Below the pieces are notes generated by a model, which ran no database searches, was not told the DNA's origin, and saw only the letters and a list, made by a program, of their open reading frames with translations. A stretch of DNA of 64,000 nt from Methanomassiliicoccaceae archaeon (lineage in GTDB: Archaea > Thermoplasmatota > Thermoplasmata > Methanomassiliicoccales > UBA472): assembly GCA_963806355.1 (NCBI GenBank), contig CAWDXN010000005.1, positions 57,980 to 121,979 of the forward strand. The letters run 5' to 3'. A program made the translations under genes and the position numbers. This document shows, in pieces, positions 1 through 12,051 of the stretch; position 1 is the first letter of the stretch; each line of letters opens with the position of its first letter.

Positions 1-140
1 TTCGCGCCCATGGCCTCCGCCACCTTCTGGCGCAGCTCATCCCTCTTGGGGGTGGCCACACCATTGTGCTCGGCTGTGAAGGTCAGCTCCCATCTGTGCT
101 GGAGCGCGTTCTGTTTCTTGTTGTCGATCCTCAGGTTCAA
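1..140 (-). CDS. rps24e: 30S ribosomal protein S24e (3' end runs off window)
   Basis: Manual translation from TTG at 140: MNLRIDNKKQNALQHRWELTFTAEHNGVATPKRDELRQKVAEAMG; S24e-like N-terminus and canonical position after rpoE1-spt4-DUF359; start overlaps upstream stop (TTGA). Confidence 0.85.
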   Translation of the reverse strand, partial: MNLRIDNKKQNALQHRWELTFTAEHNGVATPKRDELRQKVAEAMGA

Positions 141-694
141 TTCGATTCCTCCATCTCGTTTATCAAACGTTTCGCTCTCTCGCGGACATTGACATCAATG
201 CGGACCATGGTCATCCCCCTTTTGGGGATGCCGTAGATCAGGCAGGAGCGGTCCGGTGCCACAGCGGCGCATACCAGCGCTGCCAGGTCCTCCTCGCCTT
301 CAATGAGCATTTTTGTGGGCGTCTTGATGCGCAAGGCCTTTTCGACCTCCTCCACCAGGCTCGGCCCTATCGTGCCCGGTTCGTTCTTGACCACCACGTT
401 CCTTCCCTCGATCTCGTCGATGTAACGGTCAAGGGCGGTCATGGGTCGCCTCTCTGTGCTCCGGTCATAGATGGTAAGGTGTGGGACGACATGGTTCTGG
501 ATCAAGGCCAGGGAGACGACATCTCCCACTGAGATGACCTTCTTGCACTTTTGTGCCTCCTTGACTATCTCAGACTCGGTCAAAATCTCACCCCACAACA
601 TCCGCATCTGCGGCCAAAGACGTTCAGGCAGCACCCATCCGTTCTTTGGGACTCGCAGTTCAGCGCACCTTGAGCGCGAACTTGCCGTTGACAT
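137..694 (-). CDS. GTP-dependent dephospho-CoA kinase (DUF359 family); true start probably near 660
   Basis: VGDVV, YDRSTER, GEEDLAAL, YGIP motifs; conserved archaeal synteny. Confidence 0.85.
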   Translation of the reverse strand: MSTASSRSRCAELRVPKNGWVLPERLWPQMRMLWGEILTESEIVKEAQKCKKVISVGDVVSLALIQNHVVPHLTIYDRSTERRPMTALDRYIDEIEGRNVVVKNEPGTIGPSLVEEVEKALRIKTPTKMLIEGEEDLAALVCAAVAPDRSCLIYGIPKRGMTMVRIDVNVRERAKRLINEMEESN

Positions 695-848
695 TTATGC
701 CCATCCTTTTGGCTATCTCGGACTTGGTGTGATCGATGATGATCACATAGCCCTGCCAATCCTTCGAGGTCTGGTTGCTGCACAGCGGGCATACATCCTC
801 CTCGGTTATGAAGCTGCAATGCTTGCAGGCCCTGAGCAGTTTGGTCAT
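660..848 (-). CDS. spt4: Transcription elongation factor Spt4 (RpoE2)
   Basis: RACKHC...CPLC zinc ribbon, WQGYVIIID, SEIAKRMGI, FALKVR. Confidence 0.95.
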   Translation of the reverse strand: MTKLLRACKHCSFITEEDVCPLCSNQTSKDWQGYVIIIDHTKSEIAKRMGINVNGKFALKVR

Positions 849-1410
849 GCCGCTCCCTTCTCCGCCTTCTTGGCCTTGTCCTCGTCGAGCCATTCCATCT
901 TGCCCAGACCGGGCTGCCTCATGGTCAGGCCGATCTTGCTCTCCCGCGGGTTCCTCTCGTTGAGCGAGAGAGCGACTATGCGGGCGCGCACCTTGTCGCC
1001 CACCCTCAGGTCCCGCTTGGTGTCCTTGCCGAGGAGGCGCTGGTTGACATCATCGATGTCGATGCGGTCGTCCATGACCTGGCTGATGTGGAGCAGGCCG
1101 TCGAGCGGCCCGAAGCGCACGAAGGCGCCGAACTTGAGCACCTCGACGATGGCCCCTTCCACGATCTCCTGCTGCATGGGCTTGAAGATCAGAGCGTCAT
1201 ACTTCACCGTCTGGTACACCGCGCCGTCGCCGTGGACGATGCGCCCTGGGCCAACGGCCTCGATGTTCCGGATGAGCACGGTGAGGGACTCCCCCTCGAT
1301 CTTGCCCTCGTAGGATTCCCTAGCTAGCTGTCGACCACCACTTCCAGGTCATCGCCCAGTCGCTCCGGAGGAATGCGAACAACGTTCTCACGTTGTGTCA
1401 ATAAGTACAT
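845..1410 (-). CDS. rpoE1: DNA-directed RNA polymerase subunit E' (Rpo7); apparent frameshift near 1328
   Basis: N-terminus MYLLTQRENVVRIPPERLG then GDGAVY, FGAFVRFGPLDGLLHISQVMDD, KIGLTMRQPGLGK. Confidence 0.95.
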
Positions 1411-1525
1411 TGATAGACCCCTGTAACTAACCAGCGATATGGTAAGCCTTATTTAAAGATTGACTATAAAAACCGATGGTCATCTGGTATCTGGATAAAA
1501 AAAGAAAAGATGGGGGAAAGGGTTT

Positions 1526-3691
1526 TCAAGGCGCGATCACGAACAGGCCGGCGAACACCAGGGTGATGGTGGCCAGGAGCTTGATCAGCACGTGCAGCGA
1601 AGGTCCAGCGGTGTCCTTGAACGGGTCACCGACGGTGTCTCCGACCACAGCCGCGGCGTGAAGCGGGGTCTTCTTCTGACCGGTGGACTCGACGTACTTC
1701 TTTGCGTTGTCCCACGCACCACCGCTGTTGTTCAGGGTCAGGGCCATCATCAAGCCTGCGATGGTACCGACCATGAGCAACGCGCCCACGGACTGATATG
1801 CGATGGTCCAGTCATCTGGATAGGCATACCTCATGACGAGACCTAGGGTCACCGGTACGATGACCGGTAGTATGCCTGGCAGGATCATGGCCTTCAGGGC
1901 ACCCTTGGTGGAGATGTCCACGCAACGGGCGTAATCGGGCTTGTCGTTCCCGGCCAGTATGTTGGGGTTCTCCTTGAACTGGCGGCGGACCTCGGAGATC
2001 ATATCTCCAGCGGCCTTACCGACCGCACGTATGGCCAAGGAGGCGAACAGGAACACAAGCATCGCACCGATGAGCGCGCCGACGAACACCGGGGGTTGAG
2101 CGATGTCCACTTCGTAGACCGTGAAGATCTCCGTTCCTTCTAAACCACGGATAGATGCGACCGCATCGAAGTAGGCACCGAAGAGCAGATATGCGGCCAA
2201 GGCAGCCGATCCCATGGCATATCCCTTGGTCAGGGCCTTGGTGGTGTTGCCAACAGAGTCGAGCTTGTCGGTGCGGTGGCGGATCTCCTCCGGCTGCTGG
2301 GACATCTCGACTATGCCACCGGCGTTGTCGGTGATCGGACCGAAGGTGTCCTCGGCCAGCACGAACGCGGCTGTGGCCAGCATGCCCATGGTGGCGACGG
2401 CGGTGCCGTAGAGACCGTATGAGAACAGTTCCCCAGAAGATGCTCCGGATGGGGCCGCGAGCTGTCCCAGATAATAAGCGCTTAGCAATGAGACGGCTAT
2501 GGCGATGACCGGCATGAACGTGGTCTCCAGACCGATGGCGAAGCCACTGATGATGTTGGTCGCCGCTCCGGTCTCGGAGGCCTTGGCGATGTCACGCACT
2601 GGACGGTAGGAACCGGATGTATAGTATTGGGTGATGTACACAATGACTATGCTGAGTATGACTCCCACGATCCCACAAGCAAGGAAGTAAATCCAGTTGT
2701 CTCCAAGCATCTGGCTGGCTGCAATGCCGAACAAGATGATGGCAAGGACACAAGCGATGTAATAGCCGCGATTCAGTGCCTTCATCGGCTCTTCGTCCTC
2801 GCTCCTCATCTTGACCATGTAAATGCCGACGATACCGGCGAATATACCTAGGCCACGAGCGACCAGGGGGAAGAATACGAATCCGATGTTCCCAGTGAGC
2901 CCATAGATGACGAAACCGAGTATCATGGCACCGATGTTCTCAGCCGCGGTGGACTCGAACAGGTCAGCGCCACGACCGGCGCAATCGCCCACGTTGTCCC
3001 CGACCAGGTCAGCGATGACCGCGGGGTTCTTGGGGCTGTCCTCGGGGATGCCTGCCTCGACCTTTCCGACCAGGTCAGCGCCGACATCGGCGGCCTTGGT
3101 GTAGATACCGCCGCCAAGTTGCGCGAACAGCGCAGCGAAGGATGCACCGAAGGCATAACCGACCGCAAGGAGGAGGGCGTCCTGCAAGCCCGTGTCCACG
3201 CCATTGGCGTTGATATCGGACCCCTGCAGGAACCAGAACAGGAAGACCACACCGGCCACACCGAGCAAGCTCAGGGTGACCACGGCGATACCAGAGACCG
3301 CACCACCTCTGAAGGAGACCTGAAGGGCCTCGGGGAGGGTGCGCCGTGCGGCGCTGGCGGTCCTGATGTTGGCGTTCACGGAAACGATCATCCCAATGTA
3401 GCCCGAGAGGGCAGAACAGAAGGCACCGATCAGGAACGCAGCACCGGTCAGCGGATCGATGGCGACCATGATGAGGACGCCAAGTACAACGCTGATGATG
3501 GCAATCGTCTTATATTGTCGAGCCAAGTAGGCCATGGCTCCTTCTTTTATGGCGTCGCTGACCACCCTCATCTCAGGTGTACCGGTGTCCTTCTTGAACA
3601 CCCAGCGCGTCAGCAGCCAAACGAAGAGCAGACCGACAAGACCCGCAATAGGAATCACATACAGTATTGGATCCAATTCCACTTCAATCAT
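1526..3691 (-). CDS. hppA: Membrane-bound H+-translocating pyrophosphatase, K+-independent type
   Basis: GGGIYTKAADVGADLVGKVE, DNVGD, GNTTKA (Lys marks K+-independent family), GGAWDNAKK, GDTVGDPFKDTAGPS. Confidence 0.95.
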   Translation of the reverse strand: MIEVELDPILYVIPIAGLVGLLFVWLLTRWVFKKDTGTPEMRVVSDAIKEGAMAYLARQYKTIAIISVVLGVLIMVAIDPLTGAAFLIGAFCSALSGYIGMIVSVNANIRTASAARRTLPEALQVSFRGGAVSGIAVVTLSLLGVAGVVFLFWFLQGSDINANGVDTGLQDALLLAVGYAFGASFAALFAQLGGGIYTKAADVGADLVGKVEAGIPEDSPKNPAVIADLVGDNVGDCAGRGADLFESTAAENIGAMILGFVIYGLTGNIGFVFFPLVARGLGIFAGIVGIYMVKMRSEDEEPMKALNRGYYIACVLAIILFGIAASQMLGDNWIYFLACGIVGVILSIVIVYITQYYTSGSYRPVRDIAKASETGAATNIISGFAIGLETTFMPVIAIAVSLLSAYYLGQLAAPSGASSGELFSYGLYGTAVATMGMLATAAFVLAEDTFGPITDNAGGIVEMSQQPEEIRHRTDKLDSVGNTTKALTKGYAMGSAALAAYLLFGAYFDAVASIRGLEGTEIFTVYEVDIAQPPVFVGALIGAMLVFLFASLAIRAVGKAAGDMISEVRRQFKENPNILAGNDKPDYARCVDISTKGALKAMILPGILPVIVPVTLGLVMRYAYPDDWTIAYQSVGALLMVGTIAGLMMALTLNNSGGAWDNAKKYVESTGQKKTPLHAAAVVGDTVGDPFKDTAGPSLHVLIKLLATITLVFAGLFVIAP

Positions 3692-3927
3692 AGGATATTC
3701 TCCAATGCGAGTTTAAGGGCAAATATGGATTCCTGTATAAGTCATTTGTTCTTTTGAGAACCACGTTTTTCGAATACTGGCTTCGATTAAGCCTAAGAGG
3801 TTTGATTTGATATTGATAATCAACCGGTTGACCTTCGCTTTCTACCAATTCTCCACTCAGAGGTAATATCTTCCCAATGAAAATGGAACGGGATTAAATA
3901 TATATGTGAAAATATAATATTTGGGAC

Positions 3928-5221
3928 GTGGCCGCCCTCACGGACCCGGATTTCCTGATCAACGCCCTGATAGCAGTAGGTGTGGGTGCCTTGGTCGGGC
4001 TGGAGAGGGAGCACCATCGTGACGAGGTCTCCTCTTATGCTGGAGTGAGGACGTTCGCTCTGGTATCGTTATTCGGATTCATCACCGCCTATCTGACCAC
4101 GCAGGACCCGGATTTCGCCTGGGTGCTGATGATCGGGGTCCTGCTGGTAGGCGCCTTCGCGATATTCCTTGCCTACATCAAATATGTGAAGGGATTCCCT
4201 GGCCTGACAACGCCCATGGCCATGATGGTGACCTTCTTCGCCGGGGCATTGGTGGGATTGAACCTGCTCTTCGCCGCGGCGGTGGTGACCCTGGTGGCCA
4301 CCTTCCTATTGGTATCGAGGCGAAGGCTCCACAAGTTCGTCGCCATACTGGAGGACGATGAGATAATCGGGGCTCTGCAGTTCCTCACCCTGGCCGTGAT
4401 CCTTTATCCCCTTAACGAACGAGCTGGACCTGCAGGAGCCTTGGGACGTGTTCAACCCCGGCGGCATCCTGGCCTTGAACTTCATCCTGCTGTTGGTGGT
4501 CTTTGTGAGCGCCATCAGCTTCGTTTCCTACGTCATCATCCGGAAAGAGGGGCCAAAGAGAGGTCTGGAGTTCTCCGGTCTGCTCGGTGGCATGATCAAC
4601 TCCGAGGCCACCACCGCCTCGATCAGCAACATGGTGAAGGAGCGCAAGGACCTGCTCAAAACAGCGATGTCCGGCATCCTTTTCGCCACGGGTGTGATGT
4701 TCGTGCGGAACCTCATCGTGGTGGCGCTCTCCGACCCCACCATGGATACTGCCCTCATCCTGTTGTTCCCAGCGGCGATCGCCACCGCGGTCGCCTTCCT
4801 GCTCGGGCTCATGATCAAGTCTGGCGAGGTCTCGCAGCAGAAGCTCGAGGTCAAGTCCCCGTTCGCCATAATGCCGGCCTTGAAGTTCGCCCTTCTGATC
4901 CTGGTCATATCGGTGATATCCTACGCCGCCAACGAATACCTGGGAGACTATGGTGTGTACGTTTCCGCCATCGGCGGTTTCGTCTCCTCGGCCGCGGTAG
5001 CGGCCTCCCTGGGAACATTGGTCTACACCAGTGGGTTGGATCCCCTCATCGCCGCGCAGACCATCATGCTTGCCTGCGTTTTCAGCTGCATCAACAAGAT
5101 CATAATCACCCGGTCGATCGATAAGGACCTGGCCTCCGCGGCCAAGAACCGATTGATAGCTGTCACGGCGGTCGCGGTCGTGAACACCGTGGCCCTTTTC
5201 ATCATCAGTCTGGTCGTATGA
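3928..5221 (+). CDS. MgtC/SapB-DUF4010 family membrane protein; frameshift near 4420
   Basis: GALVGLERE, AGVRTF, GLTT in ORF 3928; GGMINSEATT and GFVSSAA helices in ORF 4448-5221. Confidence 0.8.
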
Positions 5222-5227
5222 TTGCGC

Positions 5228-5947
5228 TCAGAACCTGGCTTTTAGGACTATGATGCCCTCGCGTCTGGAGATGTCGATGGGCTGACGTCCGGTGCCATGA
5301 TTGGTGCCTCTCATCTTCAGCACCTCGACATATTTCCTACGCGTTACGACCTCGTCGGAGAGCAAGAGCAGGATGATGCCATCGACGGCATAGGCTATCT
5401 CTGAGGGATAGAGCTCGTTGGGTTTGACCTCTCCAGTGACCACTGTCACAGCGTTCCAGTTCTTGAGACGGTTCGTAAGGTCGAACAGGAATTGACGATA
5501 GTCGCCGCCCATCATGTTCCCTATCACGGTCAATGGATCGATGACGATGCGGGTGGGCATGACCTCGGCGATCTTCTCATCGATGACGTTCAGTATCTCC
5601 TCTGGCTTCATGGTGCGGAGCTTGTCGCCCAGGTCCATGTAGACTATCTGGTCGTCGAAGTAGGAGGGGTCCATGAAGTCGAACTGCATGGCATAGCGCA
5701 TCATCCACTGGGTCGGTTCGCTCAATGTGGTGATGTACAAGCATTGCTCTCCTTTCTTGGCCCCTTCGCATAGGTATTTCATGGCGAAGGTGGTCTTTCC
5801 CGTGCCAGCACTGCCGGCCACCAGTATCACGGATGGGAATGGGAAGCCTCCCTCGATGGAATCGTCTAAACCGTTGATGCCGCTGGTAAGGCGGACGATC
5901 TCCGCCCGGGCCCTGACACATGTATCGGGAGTGCTCATTTTCTTCAA
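5228..5947 (-). CDS. KaiC/RAD55-family ATPase (single domain)
   Basis: SGINGLD..IEGGFP, Walker A GSAGTGKT, RIVIDP, DGII, VLKMRGTNH. Confidence 0.9.
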   Translation of the reverse strand: MKKMSTPDTCVRARAEIVRLTSGINGLDDSIEGGFPFPSVILVAGSAGTGKTTFAMKYLCEGAKKGEQCLYITTLSEPTQWMMRYAMQFDFMDPSYFDDQIVYMDLGDKLRTMKPEEILNVIDEKIAEVMPTRIVIDPLTVIGNMMGGDYRQFLFDLTNRLKNWNAVTVVTGEVKPNELYPSEIAYAVDGIILLLLSDEVVTRRKYVEVLKMRGTNHGTGRQPIDISRREGIIVLKARF

Positions 5948-6615
5948 ACCTCGTTAGAATCCACGATCCTGGCTATTCCATTCCGCTTGCTGGTGAGCGA
6001 CATCGAGGCCAGGATGCCATCGTTGACGCTTATCTCATGGGGGCAGAGCGAGCGCGCCGCCTCGTAGAGCATGCAGTTCCTCTCCTTGTCCACCAGCAAC
6101 GGGATCTGCACCCGAGCGTGGGAGGTGAGGACATCTATGAAATCCTGCAGGAAGACCTCTACGTTGTTGAAGCTGTTGTAGAGCAACAACGAGGATATGT
6201 TATCGATCATGGCGAACCGGCACCGTTGCAGGTCCATGGGCGCAGGATGGGGCGAATTGCCTGCCCAGTCCCTTATGACCGATGGCAGGGAGTCGATGTT
6301 GGATGGGGCGTTGAGAAGGTTGGCGGGGTTGTGGCTGTTCTTGGTGTCCGCCGCGAATCGACTTATGGCATCGATGAATATCAGGCCCTGCGGATCGATC
6401 TGATGCATGCCCATCAGATGCAACATGTAATGGTGCGGTCTGTCCACCGCGATGAACATCCCCGGACGTCCAGGCATGGATGAGAACGCCTTGAGAAGGA
6501 GCAGGTTGACCCTGACGAACTGAGTGGATTTGACGTCCAAGAGCACCGGGCCGTTGTCGAAGGCGCTCAAGTTGTCCTTGAGATAAGCCATTAGATACAG
6601 GTCCTTCTCGTTCAT
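5944..6615 (-). CDS. Hypothetical protein, degenerate RecA/KaiC-fold (no Walker A), co-transcribed with KaiC ATPase
   Basis: FIAVDRP, FIDAIS, MIDNISSLLLYN resemble inactive KaiC-like domains; overlaps next start. Confidence 0.55.
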   Translation of the reverse strand: MNEKDLYLMAYLKDNLSAFDNGPVLLDVKSTQFVRVNLLLLKAFSSMPGRPGMFIAVDRPHHYMLHLMGMHQIDPQGLIFIDAISRFAADTKNSHNPANLLNAPSNIDSLPSVIRDWAGNSPHPAPMDLQRCRFAMIDNISSLLLYNSFNNVEVFLQDFIDVLTSHARVQIPLLVDKERNCMLYEAARSLCPHEISVNDGILASMSLTSKRNGIARIVDSNEV

Positions 6616-6724
6616 TCCGCCACTTTCTATTCGATTGGCCCGAGGATATTTAAAATCACTCGGCAAATTATCATCGATATATCAGAAAATCGATATGTAG
6701 AATGATAAAATATCGATCTGCTGG

Positions 6725-7519
6725 GTGGACCTCGGTTCGACGCATGGGACAAGCCATTTTATATTTTCATCGCTTTCCAATGCTGATAACTTGAGCCAGG
6801 GAGACATCTGGGGGCTGTTGCTGGTGTATTCCTACATCGGAGCGGTGGTGCTCATCGCCAGCAAATCCGCTTATCTGAAGCGCACCAAGATGCACCGCAA
6901 GTTCATCCATATCATGATCGGGAACATCGTCTTCTTCTGGTGGGTGTTCGACAACGCATGGGCCATGGCCCTGCTCGCCGCAGCGCCTTTCATCTTCTTC
7001 TGTTACCTGCTCTCCAAGGAAGGCTCCAGGACCGATGAGCCCAAGTCAAAGGTGGAGAAGGAGCTCAAAGGGTCCATACTGGCAGAGGCATCGATCAACG
7101 GGCACAAGCTCGGACTGGTCTTCTATGCCATTTCCTGGACGTTGCTGGCGTTCGTGTTCTTCGACAACCTGATGATAGCTTCCATCGGCATAGTCAGCAT
7201 GGCCTACGGAGATGGCATGGGCGGACTTATCGGCAAGAGGTATGGGAAGCGAAAGATACACGATGGCAAGACCTTGGAGGGAACCCTCTCCGTTTTCATA
7301 TTCGCCATGATCGCCTGCGCCGTGGTCTTCGCCTTCTACAGCTACCTCAGCATCAATGGCATCTATGGCGACCACGAGGTGGAAGCCATTTGGATCCTTC
7401 CGATAAGCGCCGGCATCGCCGCCTATGTGGCGGTGGTGGAACTGTACACCCCGGGAGAGTATGACAACCTGGTCATACCCATAACCACGGTGCTCATCTT
7501 GGCGGCGGCGGGGATCTGA
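6725..7519 (+). CDS. Phytol/dolichol kinase family membrane protein (start uncertain)
   Basis: RKFIHI, GDGMGGLIGKRYG, KTLEGT, E..TPGEYDNL. Confidence 0.85.
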   Translation: MDLGSTHGTSHFIFSSLSNADNLSQGDIWGLLLVYSYIGAVVLIASKSAYLKRTKMHRKFIHIMIGNIVFFWWVFDNAWAMALLAAAPFIFFCYLLSKEGSRTDEPKSKVEKELKGSILAEASINGHKLGLVFYAISWTLLAFVFFDNLMIASIGIVSMAYGDGMGGLIGKRYGKRKIHDGKTLEGTLSVFIFAMIACAVVFAFYSYLSINGIYGDHEVEAIWILPISAGIAAYVAVVELYTPGEYDNLVIPITTVLILAAAGI

Positions 7520-7521
7520 GG

Positions 7522-8103
7522 ATGCGCTGGATCGTCGTGGACGGCATCGATGGCTCAGGCAAGAGCACGGTGGCCCATTGGATGGCGGACCGGTACAAAG
7601 AGGAGGGCTTCACGGTGCACCTGTTCGTGCACCCATCGGAGGGCTTGTTGGGGCGGATCTCCAAGGCGGCATTGCAATCGAAGGGCAGCCTCATGCACGC
7701 CATCGCCACGATGTTCTTCATCGCCGATGTGTTGGTCTCGATACGTCGGAAACGTGAGGCTGAAGGGTCCGAAGGACCGCGTGATATTCGTCCGATACCT
7801 AATGGGGGCGGCATACCTACCAGAAGGTCTGATGGGCACCGGATATGAACTTTTCAAGCGCATCATAGACACTTCCACCCGCCCGAATGCTGGTGGACGT
7901 CCTCCCGGAGGTGGCCTTGGCTCGGATCGAGCAGAGGGACCACGAAAGGGAGATGTTCGAGAACATCGAGGGACTGACGGAATCAAGACGGAAGACCTTG
8001 ATCCTGGCCCAAGGATGGATGGTTGGTCCTCGACAACTCTGGACCGGCCGAGGCGACCAAGGCGGAACTGAAGGTCATCATGGACCGCTGGGAATCGACC
8101 TAG
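7522..8103 (+). CDS. tmk: Thymidylate kinase-like protein; several frameshifts
   Basis: WIVVDGIDGSGKST P-loop, FVRY, LVDVLPEVALARI..R, EMFE spread over three frames. Confidence 0.75.
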
Positions 8104-9254
8104 TCACCTTGGACCGCAGCAATATGGACAGACCTATGGCGACAGTGATGGTGATGGCAGCGATGACCAGCACAGCGTCGTACCCCTGTTCCATGTAGAC
8201 CGAGCCTAGGATCAGGGGAGAGATCGCATAACCAAGGAAGCGCGAGCTATTGAACACCGATGAGACCGTTCCTTTGATGTCCGGAATGAACTCGACGGTC
8301 AAGGTGAACAGCGATGCCCACAATATCTGGGACCCTGTCCCGAGCATTGCCAACGATACACCGTACCACAGCACGCTGGTCGAGCTGTACAAGGAGATCA
8401 TGGAAGCGAGGACCACCATTAGGCCGAGGGAGGCGGTGGTGGCTCTGCCGATCCTCTCCACCAAGAAGCCGCCGAAGGGGGCGGCGAAAATGCCAGCCAT
8501 GCCGGTCAACGCCACCATCGCCCCTATCTCCCCTCCCGTGAGGTCCAATGGGGGCTTGGCCAGTATGTCGGATACATAGGAGAGCGCTCCGATGTAGCAG
8601 AAGAAATTGAGGAACCCTATGGCGGAGATAAGGATCACGCCATGGTCCTTCAGCGTCCGTTTGAGATTCGGCCGCATCGAGCGCATTGACGCTCCGGAGG
8701 ATCGGAATCCCTGTCCCTTATAGGTCGCCAGAATGGCAACGTTGCATATGATGCAAAGCACCGCTATGAGGACGAACGTGTAGCGCCAGTCCCATTGGCT
8801 CATGATCCCGGCGATGAGCGGGCCACATGCCACGCCTGCGGTGGTGGCGGCGGCCAGGAACCCCATGTTCCGACCTCGGGACTCTGGAGGCGACGACCTC
8901 TGCCAGTATCGCTACCAGCACCGGGTTCACGAAGGCATATCCGAATCCTTGCACCGCTCGAGAAAGATAGAACACCCCAGCGTCTTGGCTGAGGGCGCAA
9001 AGCACCGCCCCGGCGGCATAGACCATGAACCCGAAGGTCACCACCTTGCGTCGTCCATATATGTCCGAGATCGAACCAGAGAAGAAGCTGAATATCGCAA
9101 AGGGGAACATGTAGAAGCTGATGGAGATGAGCACCTCCGCAGCGGTGAGCGAGAACTCCTGCTCGAGGATGGGGACCACGGCCAGGACGGCGTTGCCGGC
9201 GAGCGGTCCGGAGAAAGCTCCGATGAAGACTGCCAGGCGGGCGTAGTTGACCAT
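8078..9254 (-). CDS. MFS transporter (DHA1-like); frameshift near 8880
   Basis: GSISDIYGRRKV and GFLVERIGR MFS motif A in both halves; about 12 hydrophobic segments. Confidence 0.85.
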
Positions 9255-9364
9255 CCGGGCCGAATCATCGCCGATGGATATTATCTTTCTGGAGGGCCGG
9301 ATAGGCGATCTCAGCAACATATTTCTAGGCCTATCGGGCTGACCAAAATGAGGATTGGGATCAA

Positions 9365-11302
<1,938 letters not shown>

Positions 11303-11395
11303 AACGATATTAGCGACGGTTTTAACGCGTTTCCGCCGTGTCAATGGTTGAAAGCTAAGATATACATGCGACTTCCAACCGGCTGTGGTGAGCAA

Positions 11396-11879
11396 ATGAG
11401 CGATGCAACGAGAAAGGCGGTATTCGCCGCTGGATGCTTCTGGGGCGTCGAGGCGGAGTTCCGTAAGGTGCCAGGGGTCGTAGATGCCCAGGTAGGTTAT
11501 ACCGGGGGATCCGTGGACCATCCCACCTATAAGATGGTGTGCAACGGTAACACCGGTCACGCCGAGGCGGTCGAGCTGGTGTTACGATCCCAAGGTCGTT
11601 TCGTTCGATCGTCTTCTCGATGTCTTTTGGAGCATCCATAACCCTACCCAGATGAACCGACAGGGAGTCGATGTGGGGAGCCAGTACCGTTCCGCCATAT
11701 TCTATCATGATGAGGATCAGCGCCTGGCCGCTGAGGATTCCATGGCCAGGTTGGGACGTTCTGGACGTTTCTCCAAACCCGTGGTCACGCAGATCGTCCC
11801 TGCCTCCACCTTCTGGAGGGCGGAGGAATATCACCAGAGGTACCTGGAGAAACATGGTCGGGCCTCCTGTCACATCTGA
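11396..11879 (+). CDS. msrA: Peptide-methionine (S)-S-oxide reductase; frameshifted
   Basis: [45 protein letters not shown]. Confidence 0.95.
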
Positions 11880-11965
11880 AGTGCCTGTAATAACATCATT
11901 TCACCGATGACGACGGATGATATGTCGCAGGTGTGATTCCATGTGCTGGGTAAGGGAAAAAGCTC

Positions 11966-11981
11966 GATATCAGCAATGATA
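11966..11981. promoter_or_regulatory. Palindromic operator TATCA-GCAA-TGATA, 14 nt upstream of a TATA-like box (TTAATAA 11996-12002) of the FN3 gene
   Basis: GATATCAGCAATGATA, identical to 22665-22680. Confidence 0.65.
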
Positions 11982-12051
11982 ATTTGCGAACTACCTTAAT
12001 AATCCCGCTCCGGGCTGCATAATCCGTAGAAAGCTAGCGGAGTAATACCCT

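Noticed and set aside
6668..6717. ATCGAT/TATC-rich stretch as another regulon site
   Set aside because: Half-sites are present but not at the N6 spacing
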